Positions 35,207-44,744 of a stretch of DNA of 64,000 nt are shown here, piece after piece. Source of the stretch: an uncultured Clostridia bacterium (GTDB lineage: Bacteria; Bacillota; Clostridia; UMGS1883); assembly GCA_947626145.1 (NCBI GenBank), contig CANQRB010000006.1:66089-130088 (forward strand), given 5' to 3'. The position numbers were made by a program, and so were the translations under genes. The notes below the pieces were generated by a model that was not told the DNA's origin, ran no database searches, and saw only the letters and a program-made list of their open reading frames with translations. Position 1 is the first letter of the stretch. Each line of letters starts with the position of its first letter.

Positions 35207-37795
35207 TTAAACCATTTGCTGGAGCTTATACAGCTCGTTCAAGGCCTCGATCGGCGTCAGCGTGGTAACGTCCATGCCGCGCAGGGCCTTTATGGCGGGG
35301 CTTTCCTCAACGGAGGCAAAGCTGAGCTGAGGCTCCGGCGCCGCTTCGGTATGTGGCGGCTCCCTTCGGCTGACTGTGCCGTCCTCGATGCTCTTAAGCA
35401 CCTCCTTGGCCCGGCGTATAACCGGATTTGGCACGCCGCTGAGCTTGGCCACCTCGATGCCGTAGCTGCCGTCGGCGCCGCCGCGGACTATTTTACGCAA
35501 AAAGGTTATGTCGTCGCCCCGCTTTTTGCAGACCGTATTGTAATTTTTGACCCCCTCGAGCTGCTCCTCCAGAACGGTCAGCTCGTGATAGTGAGTGGCG
35601 AAGAGGGTCTTCATTCCGATTTTTTTCACTATATGCTCTATCACGGCCCAGGCGATGGACAGGCCGTCGTAGGTGCTGGTGCCCCGGCCCACCTCGTCAA
35701 GTATGCAGAGGCTGCTTTTTGTGGCGTTCTTTAAAATATAGCTGACCTCGCTCATCTCCATGGTGAAGGTACTCTGCCCGGCGGCCAGGTCGTCGCTGGC
35801 CCCAATGCGGGTGAATATCTTGTCAACTATTCCCACGCGGCACTTCGACGCGGGCACAAAGCTGCCCATCTGGGCCATCAGCGTAATAACGGCAACCTGC
35901 CGCATATAGGTGGATTTGCCGGCCATGTTGGGGCCGGTTATGATCAGCGCCCGGTTGGGGCCGCAGTCCAGCTCGGTGTCGTTGGGGACGAAAAGCCCGT
36001 TTTTAAGCACCTTTTCCACAACGGGGTGCCGGCCGTCCTTTATGTATATCTCATCGGAAATGTCTACCTCCGGCCGGACATAGCCGTTCCTGACCGCCGT
36101 CTCCGCCAGAGAGTAGATGCAGTCCGCCACGGCGATGGCGCAGGCGGTGCGGTCGATGCGGTTTATCTCCGCCGCGACACGGCCGCGCACCCGTACGAAT
36201 TCCTCGTACTCAAGAGCCTCCAGCCGCTCGGCGGCGCCCAGAACTGCGCTCTCAACCTCCTTCAGCTCGGGGGTGATGAAGCGCTCGCCGTTGACCGTGG
36301 TCTGCTTGCGCACATAGTCGTCGGGCACCTTGTCAAGATTGGAGTTGCTGACTTCGATGTAATATCCGAAAACCTTGTTGTACTTGACCTTGAGATTTTT
36401 AATGCCGGTGCGCTCACGCTCCCGGGCCTCGATGCCTCCCAGGCTGCCCCGGCCGTTTTCCGACGCGCCGCGGAGGCGGTCGATGTCCTCATTGTAGCCG
36501 TCCCTGATGAGACCGCCGTCCCGCAGGGTCACCGGCGGCTCGTCAACGATGGCCCGATCCAGAATGTCGCAGATGTCCTCCATACAGTCAAAGGCGGCCG
36601 CCTGAGTGTTCATTATCACGCTGCGGCAGCCGCAGAGTATCCGGTAAATATTCGGCAGCGCCCTGAAGGACGACCGCAGGGCCACAAGATCCTTGGCGTT
36701 GCACAGGCCCATTGATACCCGGCCCATGAGCCGCTCTATATCCAGCACGCCGCTCATGGCCTCGCCCAGCTCCTCACGGAGGGCGGGGCTCTTCACAAGC
36801 TCCTCAACGCCGCCCAGACGGTTGTTTATGGCGGCAACGCTGATGAGGGGCCGCATTATCCAGCTTTTCAACAGGCGGCTGCCCATGGCGGTACGGGTCC
36901 TGTCCAGCACCCAATAAAGGCTGCCCTTCTTACCCTTGTCCCGCATGGTGGAGACGAGCTCCAGATTGCGGCGGCTGCCGGGATCTATGTCCATGAACTC
37001 GCCGGACGAATAAATTTTTATCTCGCGTATGTGCTCCAGCTCCGACTTCTGTGTTTCGACCAGATATTCCAGCAGGGCCGCCGCCGCGATAAGCAGGGGC
37101 CTTTGTGTTATATCGGCGCCGTTGCTCAAATGCTTTTCCACGGTTTGCCGGGCCTCGGGCCCAACCTCGTCCTCCTCAAAGGAAAAGGTCATCATGCCGT
37201 CGGCGTGATCCCTGACGTATTCCTCAAGCCGCTTATTCTGCCGCCCGGGGCCGCCGAAGGCCGCCTCCACCGGAGAAAACCGGTCAAGCTCGCTGATGAG
37301 CCGCTCGCAGGAAGGGTCGTTTTCGATATATGTTCCCAGCAGCTCGCCGGTGGAAACGTCGGCGAACACCGCTCCGCTGGCCCCGTCCTCCGCAAAGACC
37401 GAGGCCATATAGTTCGTGCCCCGTGAGGCCAGGACATTTTCGTCCACTATTGTGCCGGGAGTGACTATGCGGATTATTTCCCGCCGGACAATACCCTTGG
37501 CCTGCCTGGGATCCTCCATCTGCTCACAGATGGCGACCTTGTAGCCCTTGGCCACCAGCCGGGCGATATAGCCGTCGGCGGCGTGGAAGGGTATGCCGCA
37601 CATGGGCGCCCGCTCCTCAAGGCCGCAGCTCTTGCCCGTGAGCGTGAGCTCCAGCTCACGGCTGGCGGTCTTGGCGTCGTCATAGAACATCTCGTAAAAG
37701 TCGCCCAGACGGAACATAAGGATAGCGTCCTTATGCTCCTCCTTAATATCCAGATACTGCCGCATCATCGGCGTGATTTCGGCCATCGGTATCAC
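35207..37795 (-). CDS. mutS: DNA mismatch repair protein MutS
   Basis: N-terminal mismatch-binding GDFYE motif, Walker A GPNMAGKST, 862 aa. Confidence 0.95.
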   Translation of the reverse strand: MIPMAEITPMMRQYLDIKEEHKDAILMFRLGDFYEMFYDDAKTASRELELTLTGKSCGLEERAPMCGIPFHAADGYIARLVAKGYKVAICEQMEDPRQAKGIVRREIIRIVTPGTIVDENVLASRGTNYMASVFAEDGASGAVFADVSTGELLGTYIENDPSCERLISELDRFSPVEAAFGGPGRQNKRLEEYVRDHADGMMTFSFEEDEVGPEARQTVEKHLSNGADITQRPLLIAAAALLEYLVETQKSELEHIREIKIYSSGEFMDIDPGSRRNLELVSTMRDKGKKGSLYWVLDRTRTAMGSRLLKSWIMRPLISVAAINNRLGGVEELVKSPALREELGEAMSGVLDIERLMGRVSMGLCNAKDLVALRSSFRALPNIYRILCGCRSVIMNTQAAAFDCMEDICDILDRAIVDEPPVTLRDGGLIRDGYNEDIDRLRGASENGRGSLGGIEARERERTGIKNLKVKYNKVFGYYIEVSNSNLDKVPDDYVRKQTTVNGERFITPELKEVESAVLGAAERLEALEYEEFVRVRGRVAAEINRIDRTACAIAVADCIYSLAETAVRNGYVRPEVDISDEIYIKDGRHPVVEKVLKNGLFVPNDTELDCGPNRALIITGPNMAGKSTYMRQVAVITLMAQMGSFVPASKCRVGIVDKIFTRIGASDDLAAGQSTFTMEMSEVSYILKNATKSSLCILDEVGRGTSTYDGLSIAWAVIEHIVKKIGMKTLFATHYHELTVLEEQLEGVKNYNTVCKKRGDDITFLRKIVRGGADGSYGIEVAKLSGVPNPVIRRAKEVLKSIEDGTVSRREPPHTEAAPEPQLSFASVEESPAIKALRGMDVTTLTPIEALNELYKLQQMV

Positions 37796-37833
37796 CCCCT
37801 CAAGCTCTGTTATCCGTTATTTTTACTTCTCTG

Positions 37834-38220
37834 TCAGTGGCATCCGCCGCAGGTGGCGCAGCTGCCGCTGCATCCGCCGGGGAGCTGACCGGTTATATGG
37901 TAGGAAATAATGGTGTTCATCTGGTCGATTATGGCCTGAAAAGCGCTCTGGGCGTTGAGGTACTCCACAATTATGTCGTTGGTGGTGACCTTCTCGTAGG
38001 CCTCCTCCACGGCGGCGCGTATTTCCTCCATGCGCTCCTTGCTGACGTCGCCCTTGTTTATCTCCTCGCCAAGGGTCCGGCGCACGTCGCTGTACTCCTT
38101 GAGGAGCTTCATGGCCTCCTCGTCCTGCTCCTGCCTGGCCTCGGCCAGCTTAAGGGTCTTGTATTCGTTGCTGTTGACGATAGCCTCGCCCAGCTCTCTT
38201 GCTTTGTCAAAAATTTCCAT
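37834..38220 (-). CDS. YmcA/YlbF (RicA-like) family protein with cysteine-rich C-terminal tail
   Basis: Position between miaB and mutS mirrors B. subtilis ymcB-ymcA-(cotE)-mutS. Helical. The tail GGCSGSCATCGGCH may bind a metal or cluster. Confidence 0.55.
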   Translation of the reverse strand: MEIFDKARELGEAIVNSNEYKTLKLAEARQEQDEEAMKLLKEYSDVRRTLGEEINKGDVSKERMEEIRAAVEEAYEKVTTNDIIVEYLNAQSAFQAIIDQMNTIISYHITGQLPGGCSGSCATCGGCH

Positions 38221-38238
38221 CGTAATATCTTCCTTTCG

Positions 38239-39630
38239 TCATATCTGCTCACCGTACAGTATCCACGTCTGAGCCTTCGTTATTTTTACCTTTACCAATT
38301 TATCCTTCAGCGAGCCGTCGCCCCTGAAATTGACTATTTTGTTGGCGTAGTTCCGGCCCGACAGCATATCGGGCTCGTGTTTGCTTTCGCCCTCAACGAG
38401 TATTTCCTGAATTTCGCCCACACAGCGGCTGTTTATTTCGGCGCTTATTTCGTTTTGCACGTCAAGCATTTCCCGGAACCAGGCGGATTTTTCCTCCTCT
38501 GAGGCGGTGCTCTCCATCTTCGCCGCCGGAGTTCCCTCTCTGGGCGAAAAAATGAATGAAAATATGCTGTCGAACCGTATATCCCTCAGCATTTTAAGGG
38601 TCTCCTCAAAGTCGGCCCGCTCCTCGGTGGGGAAGCCCACGATTATGTCCGTGGTCAGTGACAGACCCGGCATCAGCTCTCTGGCCCGGCGGACGATTTC
38701 GCGGTACCTTTCCGCCGTGTAGCGGCGGTTCATATCCTTAAGCACCTTATCGCTGCCCGACTGAAGCGGCAGATGGAGCTGGCGGCAGACCTTGGGGCAC
38801 TCCGCCATAGCCACCAGCAGGCTTTCGGAAATGTCCTTGGGGTGGCTGCTCATAAAGCGTATGCGCTCAATTCCGTCGATCTCGTTTACTTTGCGGAGGA
38901 GTCCGGCAAAGGCGTCGGTCTCGCCCCGGTCGTTGCCGTAGGAGTTCACGTTCTGGCCCAGGAGCATTACCTCTTTTACGCCCCGTTCCGCCAGCTCCCG
39001 AACCTCCGCGACGACGTCCTCCGCCCGGCGGCTCCGTTCCCGTCCGCGGACGTAGGGGACGATGCAGTAGGAGCAAAAGTTGTCGCAGCCGTACATCACC
39101 GACACAAAGGCCTTTGCGCCGCCCTCGTACAGGACGGGCAGCCCTTCGGCGATGGCGCCCTCGCCGCCGATGTCCAGCACTCTTGAACGGTGTTCCAGGG
39201 CCTCGGCCAGCAGCGAAGGAAAGCGGTACAGAGCGTGGGTGCCGAAGATCAGATCTACATGGCGGTATTTTGCCCTGATTTTCTCCGCCACCCGCTCCTG
39301 CTGGGGCATACAGCCGCAGACGCCGATTATCAGCTCCGGCTTACGGGCTTTGAGGTGCTTGAGGGCGCCCAGGTTGCCGAATACACGCTGTTCCGCATTG
39401 TCCCGTACGGCGCAGGTGTTCATCAAAATGAGATCCGCCTCTTCCCTGTCGTCGGTGAGGGCGTAGCCCATCTCGGTCAGCATACCCATGAGCCGCTGGG
39501 AGTCGTTGACATTCTGCTGGCAGCCGTAGGTTTCCACCAGAGCCTTTCTCCCGGGGTTGGAGCTTTTTATCAGCTCCATGACGGCTTTCTGTTCCTGAAT
39601 TTCGCTTTTATCTATTGTTGGCGTCCGCAT
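38239..39630 (-). CDS. miaB: tRNA-i6A37 methylthiotransferase MiaB
   Basis: N-terminal MTTase cysteine cluster, radical-SAM CxxxCxxC (CSYCIVP) and TRAM domain. Confidence 0.9.
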   Translation of the reverse strand: MRTPTIDKSEIQEQKAVMELIKSSNPGRKALVETYGCQQNVNDSQRLMGMLTEMGYALTDDREEADLILMNTCAVRDNAEQRVFGNLGALKHLKARKPELIIGVCGCMPQQERVAEKIRAKYRHVDLIFGTHALYRFPSLLAEALEHRSRVLDIGGEGAIAEGLPVLYEGGAKAFVSVMYGCDNFCSYCIVPYVRGRERSRRAEDVVAEVRELAERGVKEVMLLGQNVNSYGNDRGETDAFAGLLRKVNEIDGIERIRFMSSHPKDISESLLVAMAECPKVCRQLHLPLQSGSDKVLKDMNRRYTAERYREIVRRARELMPGLSLTTDIIVGFPTEERADFEETLKMLRDIRFDSIFSFIFSPREGTPAAKMESTASEEEKSAWFREMLDVQNEISAEINSRCVGEIQEILVEGESKHEPDMLSGRNYANKIVNFRGDGSLKDKLVKVKITKAQTWILYGEQI

Positions 39631-39808
39631 GGGATTTTATGCTCTCTCCTAACTGAGTTTCCGCTGTGCGCAAAAACCACATAGTATCATATTATATTCT
39701 ATAACAAAACGCCGGAAAAGTCAAGAATAATTTGGGAAAAGAGGCCATAAAAAAACCGCCGGACATCCCGCCGGTTATTGAAAGCCAAAATTTTTTTGAA
39801 AAAACTAT

Positions 39809-39837
39809 TGACAACGGGCAACGGCTGTGATATAATA
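39809..39837 (+). promoter_or_regulatory. Consensus sigma-A promoter of tRNA-fMet
   Basis: TTGACA-acgggcaacggctgtga-TATAAT. Confidence 0.6.
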
Positions 39838-39876
39838 CCTATGTTGCCGGTGAAGGGCCGGCAAAAATCTCCATAT

Positions 39877-39954
<78 letters not shown>

Positions 39955-39961
39955 ACAATAA

Positions 39962-39992
39962 AAACAGACGTCTTTGCGGGCGTCTGTTTTTT
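39962..39992 (+). terminator. Intrinsic terminator of the tRNA-fMet transcript
   Basis: aacagacg-tctttgcggg-cgtctgtttttt. Confidence 0.65.
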
Positions 39993-40032
39993 CGTTTATC
40001 GGCAAATCTGAACAAAGACCGTCATTTTGCCC

Positions 40033-40065
40033 CGAGGGCACTTGACATCGGGGCGGGGAAAATGG
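40033..40065 (+). promoter_or_regulatory. Candidate promoter for the DUF2442-like ORF
   Basis: TTGACA-tcggggcggggaaaatgg-TATAAT (18-nt spacer), followed by an approximately 150-nt leader. Confidence 0.45.
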
Positions 40066-40216
40066 TATAATTGTTGTAGATGATTGGAGAGTGATAGTTT
40101 TGCCAACAATGGCTGGGCCGCGTTTCATCAGGAGGAGCTGCTTGAAAACCGGGCTCTCGCGGAAAACAGGCAGGAGCTTTTCGCAATAGAACCTCTGAGA
40201 TAAGGAGAGTTGCCGC

Positions 40217-40567
40217 ATGAAAAAGGATGTAAATTATTACCTCGCCAACGGCTTTGACCGGCCCATGGCGGAATATTTTGCCTCAGGGCGCAAGCGTATC
40301 ACCGCCGTTTCCCCAAACAGCGATTTTACGCTTACGCTGGATTTCGACAACGGTGAGAGGAGAATTTTAGACTGCAAGTCCTTCTTGAAGGCCGGCACAG
40401 TCTTTGAACCCTTTATTCGGTTTGAGAATTTCAAGCGCGTATATCTTGACGACACCCACTGTGTGGCGTGGGACATCGACCCGTCTGTTGACAGCAATGT
40501 TGTCTGGGACAATAAGGTCGATTTATGCCCGGACTGCTGCTATGTTGACAGCGTGCCGGTGGTTTAG
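40217..40567 (+). CDS. Small hypothetical protein (DUF2442-like)
   Basis: 116 aa. Pattern TLTLDFDNGERRILD...VAWDIDPSVDSNVVWDNKVDLCPDCCY resembles DUF2442 (...W.NGAD.cPD.LY). RBS AAGGAGAG. Bracketed by the tRNA-fMet and a copy of its 3' end. Confidence 0.45.
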   Translation: MKKDVNYYLANGFDRPMAEYFASGRKRITAVSPNSDFTLTLDFDNGERRILDCKSFLKAGTVFEPFIRFENFKRVYLDDTHCVAWDIDPSVDSNVVWDNKVDLCPDCCYVDSVPVV

Positions 40568-40641
40568 CGCAGCCGCCTGTGCGGCGCCGCAGCGATACAA
40601 ACCAACATGCTGCCGCATTGCAGCCCACGCAAACCCATATT

Positions 40642-40698
40642 GGTTCAAATCCGCAGCCAACATAAAAAAACAGACGTCTTTGCGGGCGTCTGTTTTTT
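40642..40698 (+). repeat. Duplicated tRNA-fMet 3' fragment (T-loop onward) plus terminator: att-like direct repeat or tRNA remnant
   Basis: ggttcaaatccgcagccaacataaaaaaacagacgtctttgcgggcgtctgttttttg matches 39930-39992 (ggttcaaatcc...aacagacgtctttgcgggcgtctgtttttt). The acceptor-stem portion is diverged. Confidence 0.6.
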
Positions 40699-40739
40699 GT
40701 TATTGCGGATCTCCTGTCCGCGCTTTTTACTGTTTGGGC

Positions 40740-41468
40740 TTATACATCCGCCTCGTCGCTTGCCACGAAGCGTCCGTGACGCTTGCCGCCAAAGCCGCGA
40801 AGGTCACCGCTCTCAATCTTGGCAATTATCTCGTCATATTGCTCCTGTGTCAGCTCGCCGGAGGCAAGCTTCTCATCCAGCTTTGTTTTGGCGTTCTCCG
40901 CCATCTCGGCTTTCTGCTCCTCGGTCAGTTCGGGCCTTTCGCCCATGATGCCGTGACGCTTGCCGCCGAAGCCGCGAAGGTCGCCGCTATCGATCTTGGC
41001 AATTATCTCGTCATACTGCTCCTGTGTCAGCTCGCCGGAGGCAAGCTTCTCGTCAAGAGCCGCCTTGGCGTTCTCCGCCATCTCGGCCTTCTGCTCCTCG
41101 GTCAATTCGGGCTTCTGTATTCTTTCGGCCTTAACGGCTCCCTCGGGGAGCTCGGGCCTTTCGCCCATAATGCCGTGACGCTTGCCGCCGAAGCCGCGAA
41201 GATCGCCGCTCTCGATCCTGGCAATTATCTCATCGTACTGCTCTTGTGTCAGCTCGCCGGAGGCAAGCTTCTCATCCAGCTTTGTTTTGGCGTTCTCCGC
41301 CATCTCGGCTTTCTGCTCCTCGGTCAGTTCGGGCTTCTGTATTCTTTCGGCCTTGACCGCGGCGGGGCTGAGCTTTGTCGCCGGAACGCTGTCGGCGGCA
41401 ATTACGGGTACGGCGGCCAGCATGAGAGCCGACATCGCCGCTGTGAGTTTAATTGAGATCCTGTTCAT
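40740..41468 (-). CDS. Secreted protein with three tandem ~65-aa SHOCT-like repeats
   Basis: Signal peptide. The unit ELTEEQKAEMAENAKxKLDEKLASGELTQEQYDEIIAKIESGDLRGFGGKRHG occurs three times, with about 200-bp DNA period. AGGAGGT RBS. The + strand ORF 40404..41456 is antisense. Confidence 0.55.
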   Translation of the reverse strand: MNRISIKLTAAMSALMLAAVPVIAADSVPATKLSPAAVKAERIQKPELTEEQKAEMAENAKTKLDEKLASGELTQEQYDEIIARIESGDLRGFGGKRHGIMGERPELPEGAVKAERIQKPELTEEQKAEMAENAKAALDEKLASGELTQEQYDEIIAKIDSGDLRGFGGKRHGIMGERPELTEEQKAEMAENAKTKLDEKLASGELTQEQYDEIIAKIESGDLRGFGGKRHGRFVASDEADV

Positions 41469-41575
41469 ATCGATTACCTCCTGAAATATTGATATATCCT
41501 GTCCGGACAGTTATATTTTAAGGCAGTTTTGTTAAAATCATGTTAAAACCGGGTTAAAAGTATGTGATTTTTGCA

Positions 41576-42823
41576 TTAATTAAAATACAACAGCTCGTTG
41601 CCGTTTTTGTCAACCAAAATCAGCTTGTCGCCGACGGCGAGGCAGGCGGCCTCGGTATTGTCCCGGAACGGATAGTCTGCGCCCCAGGGAATGCGGTTGT
41701 ACTTAAGGGGAATAACAAGGTTAAAATCCCGGTCGGCATAGCCGAAGAATCCGGCGGCGCTGCGAAGCATATACCGGCCGCCGAAGCAATAGCTCTCGTC
41801 CAGCCATGTGCCCGCGGGGAGGGGATTCAAGGTGCGGGTAAAATACCGACCGTCGACGGTTAAAAATACCTCGCCGCCGATAACAGACGCGCCGGGATAT
41901 ATCATCCCCACCGTAAGGCTGCCGTCGGTATTGGCCACGCCGTATTTCCCGTCCCGGCCCACAACGGCCAGTCCGCCCCTGAAGGAACTCATAGTGTCAA
42001 AGCTTACGCCGTTGATTTCTCCGCCGATATTGAGACTGTCGGGAGTAAAGCTGTACTGATTTACACGGTGAGCGTCCCTGGCGTCAAAATAGCTTTCGAA
42101 GCGCACGCCCTCCCTGTCGGTCCAGAAAAACTCGCCGTTGCGAAGCACGGTGATTATGCCGTACACGTCCGGCTGGCTGAGCCAGCCCACGTCGTCCACT
42201 ATCGGCGAATCGGCGGTGTTGTTGCGGAAATAATTCACTCTCGGGGTGCCGCTGCGGTAAATGGGAATGGTGTCGGTGTCGCAGCCGTCCACGCTCTCGA
42301 AGGTGAAGCGCTCCTTTATAACGTCCTCGCTGCCGTCCTCAAGCAGCCGATAAACACGGCGGTTGGCGTAAATGGAGGCGTAGCTGTCGGAATAACCGTA
42401 GACCTTTACCGCGCCGGAAAAGGCGTCGTCGGCAATGTCAACAGTGGCCGCCGGCACAATAACGCTCTTAAGGAAGGCGCAGCCGGAAAAGGCTCCGCCG
42501 CCCACGGAAACCACGCCCGAGGGGATCCGCACACAGGTGAGGCTGGCGCAGTCCGCAAGGGCCCTCTCGCCTATCGTTTTAAGGCTGAGGGGCAGACGAA
42601 CCTCCTCCGCCATGGTGCAACCCGCCAAAAGCTCACGGCCCAACGAGGTAACACCCTCCGCCACTTCTATTGACGTGACGGCGCTCCGGTCAAGACCGGT
42701 CATGGGGTCGTCGCCCTCCGTAACGGTCAGCACCCCCTCCGGCGAAAGGCTGTAGGCCAAAACGGGTATAGCGCCGAAAATTATCGCCGCCGCAAGCAAA
42801 AGTCCGCTCATAATTTTTTTCAC
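41576..42823 (-). CDS. Secreted BspA-type leucine-rich-repeat protein with WG-containing repeats
   Basis: Signal peptide. LRR units (IPSGVVSVGGGAFSGCAFLKSVIVP...). C-terminal repeats with GKYGV/GRYM-type WG-like motifs. Confidence 0.55.
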   Translation of the reverse strand: MKKIMSGLLLAAAIIFGAIPVLAYSLSPEGVLTVTEGDDPMTGLDRSAVTSIEVAEGVTSLGRELLAGCTMAEEVRLPLSLKTIGERALADCASLTCVRIPSGVVSVGGGAFSGCAFLKSVIVPAATVDIADDAFSGAVKVYGYSDSYASIYANRRVYRLLEDGSEDVIKERFTFESVDGCDTDTIPIYRSGTPRVNYFRNNTADSPIVDDVGWLSQPDVYGIITVLRNGEFFWTDREGVRFESYFDARDAHRVNQYSFTPDSLNIGGEINGVSFDTMSSFRGGLAVVGRDGKYGVANTDGSLTVGMIYPGASVIGGEVFLTVDGRYFTRTLNPLPAGTWLDESYCFGGRYMLRSAAGFFGYADRDFNLVIPLKYNRIPWGADYPFRDNTEAACLAVGDKLILVDKNGNELLYFN

Positions 42824-42958
42824 AGCTATCCCTCCGATCGATATATTCTGATTATATTTTACAACTTTTTTACCAATATGTCAATTCTCAATCTTTACAA
42901 ATTTGATTTTATGTGCTATAATAAAAACAAATATAGCTCCTTTGGGGAGGTAGATACC

Positions 42959-43687
42959 ATGAAACCCGCGAAAACCGGATACATTCAGATCGACACGGCA
43001 AAAATTTACTTTGAGATATACGGCAAAGGGGAAAGGAACGTTCTCCTCATCCACGGCAACGGCGAAAGCTCGGCCTGCTTCAGCAAGCAGTTCGAGGACT
43101 GGAGCCGGGAATTTACCCTGATAGCCATGGACAGCCGGGGACAGGGGCGTTCCACCTTCGGGCGCAAAAAGCTGACCATAGCTCAGATCGCCGCCGACGG
43201 CTTTGCCCTGCTGGAGGCATTGGGCGTGAAAAAGGCTTCCGTGGTGGGCTTCAGCGACGGGGCCAACGCCGCCATGGCCATGCTCATGAACGACAGGGAC
43301 GGGATAATCGACAGGGCCGTCCTGGCGGGGGGCAACCTTGACCCCCGAGGCGTCAAGGAAATTTATCAGGTGCCCATCGAAATGGGCTTCAAGCTGCTGG
43401 CGCGGAAGGCCCAGCGGGAGTCCGCCGCCCGGCGGAAGCTGGCGGTAATGGCCCTTATGGTGAGGGAGCCCAACGTAAAGCCCGAGGAGCTGAAGGCCAT
43501 CAAGGCGCCCACGCTGGTGCTGGCCGGCAGCCGGGACATGATAAAGGCCTCTCACACCCGCCTCATCGCCGGTTCCATACCCAACTCCACGCTGAAGATT
43601 GTGCAGGGCTGCGACCACTTTGTCTTTGACAAGGCCGCCGACCGGGTCAACGGCGCCGTGCTGGACTTCTTAAAGGGTAATGAATAA
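42959..43687 (+). CDS. Alpha/beta hydrolase fold protein
   Basis: HGNGES oxyanion region and nucleophile elbow GFSDG. GGGGAGG RBS. The track ORF starts earlier. Confidence 0.75.
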   Translation: MKPAKTGYIQIDTAKIYFEIYGKGERNVLLIHGNGESSACFSKQFEDWSREFTLIAMDSRGQGRSTFGRKKLTIAQIAADGFALLEALGVKKASVVGFSDGANAAMAMLMNDRDGIIDRAVLAGGNLDPRGVKEIYQVPIEMGFKLLARKAQRESAARRKLAVMALMVREPNVKPEELKAIKAPTLVLAGSRDMIKASHTRLIAGSIPNSTLKIVQGCDHFVFDKAADRVNGAVLDFLKGNE

Positions 43688-44417
43688 CTACCGGCTGACA
43701 ATAGCCTACGACGGCAGCCGATACAGCGGCTGGCAGCGGCAGGGCAATACGGAGAACACCGTTCAGGGACGGATAGAGGCCGCGCTGACCGAGATACTCG
43801 GGCACAGGATCGAGATAAACGGCAGCGGCAGAACCGACGCCGGCACTCACGCGCTGGCCCAGACGGCCTCTTTCAGGGCTGACACCGGAATCCCGCCGGA
43901 AAAGCTGGCGGAGGAGGTCAACCGCCTGCTCCCCGGCGACATAGCCGTCACCGCCGTTGAGCCTGCGCCGGAACGGTTCCACGCCCGCTTAAGCGTCAAG
44001 GGAAAGACCTATGTTTATCGCCTGTGGACGGCGGCCTATCCCAACGTATTCGAGCGCAAGTACGTGTATCATCTTGGCAAAAAGCCGGACATAGCTAAAA
44101 TGGAAAGAGCCGCGGCCCTTATGTGCCGGACGGCGGACTTCATAGGTTATTCCTCCCTGAAAAAATCGAAGAAATCCACTGTCAGGACGGTTCGCTCCAT
44201 CGAGGTGACGGATCTGGGGCCGGAAGTGCGGCTCTTCTTCAACGGCGACGGCTTTCTCTACAACATGGTGAGGATAATGGCCGGAACGCTGGTCGAGGTT
44301 GGCCTTGGCAAGCGGAGCGTTGAGTCCGTGGCCGTCCCCTTTGAGACCCTTGACCGGGCCGACGCCGGCGAAACCTTGCCCGCTTATGGGCTGACACTGG
44401 TTAGTGTTGAGTATTAA
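43680..44417 (+). CDS. truA: tRNA pseudouridine(38-40) synthase
   Basis: Catalytic motif RTDAGTHALAQ. 8-nt overlap with the upstream gene. Confidence 0.9.
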   Translation: MNNYRLTIAYDGSRYSGWQRQGNTENTVQGRIEAALTEILGHRIEINGSGRTDAGTHALAQTASFRADTGIPPEKLAEEVNRLLPGDIAVTAVEPAPERFHARLSVKGKTYVYRLWTAAYPNVFERKYVYHLGKKPDIAKMERAAALMCRTADFIGYSSLKKSKKSTVRTVRSIEVTDLGPEVRLFFNGDGFLYNMVRIMAGTLVEVGLGKRSVESVAVPFETLDRADAGETLPAYGLTLVSVEY

Positions 44418-44597
44418 TCACTAATAAAAAACTCATAATGTAATCTGGAGGCACGGGGGCTGTCAAAAAAATCGTGCAGAACGGACGAAAATCAGCCCGC
44501 ACAGGCGGCCCCTGCCGCCGAGCAGGCCCTCCCGACGGCGTACACAGGTACGCCGAGGGTGATTTTCGTTCGTAGTTCAAGGGCATAAAATAAAAAG

Positions 44598-44636
44598 AAA
44601 ATCCGCCTTTTTCCCGTAAAAAGGCGGATTTTCTAC
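44598..44636. terminator. Bidirectional terminator between truA and the convergent ArsR-like gene
   Basis: aaatccgccttttt-cccgtaa-aaaggcggatttt. Confidence 0.6.
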
Positions 44637-44744
44637 ATCAATTCATAGTTTTAATTTTATTGCAAAGCCTTTCATAACACAGATTTGGTCTAAATTAAAC
44701 CTTCCCGCCCCTGAACGGTCTGCGCCATTTTTTACAGTCCTGTT

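Noticed and set aside
39955-40740. Prophage or genomic island at tRNA-fMet
   Set aside because: There are no integrase, capsid or replication genes. Only a 0.7-kb segment with one small ORF lies between the repeats, so it is at most a remnant.
40404-41456. 350-aa + strand ORF
   Set aside because: Antisense to the repeat protein gene. Its apparent internal repeats are just the reverse-complement reading of the real gene's tandem repeats. The minus frame has a signal peptide and RBS.
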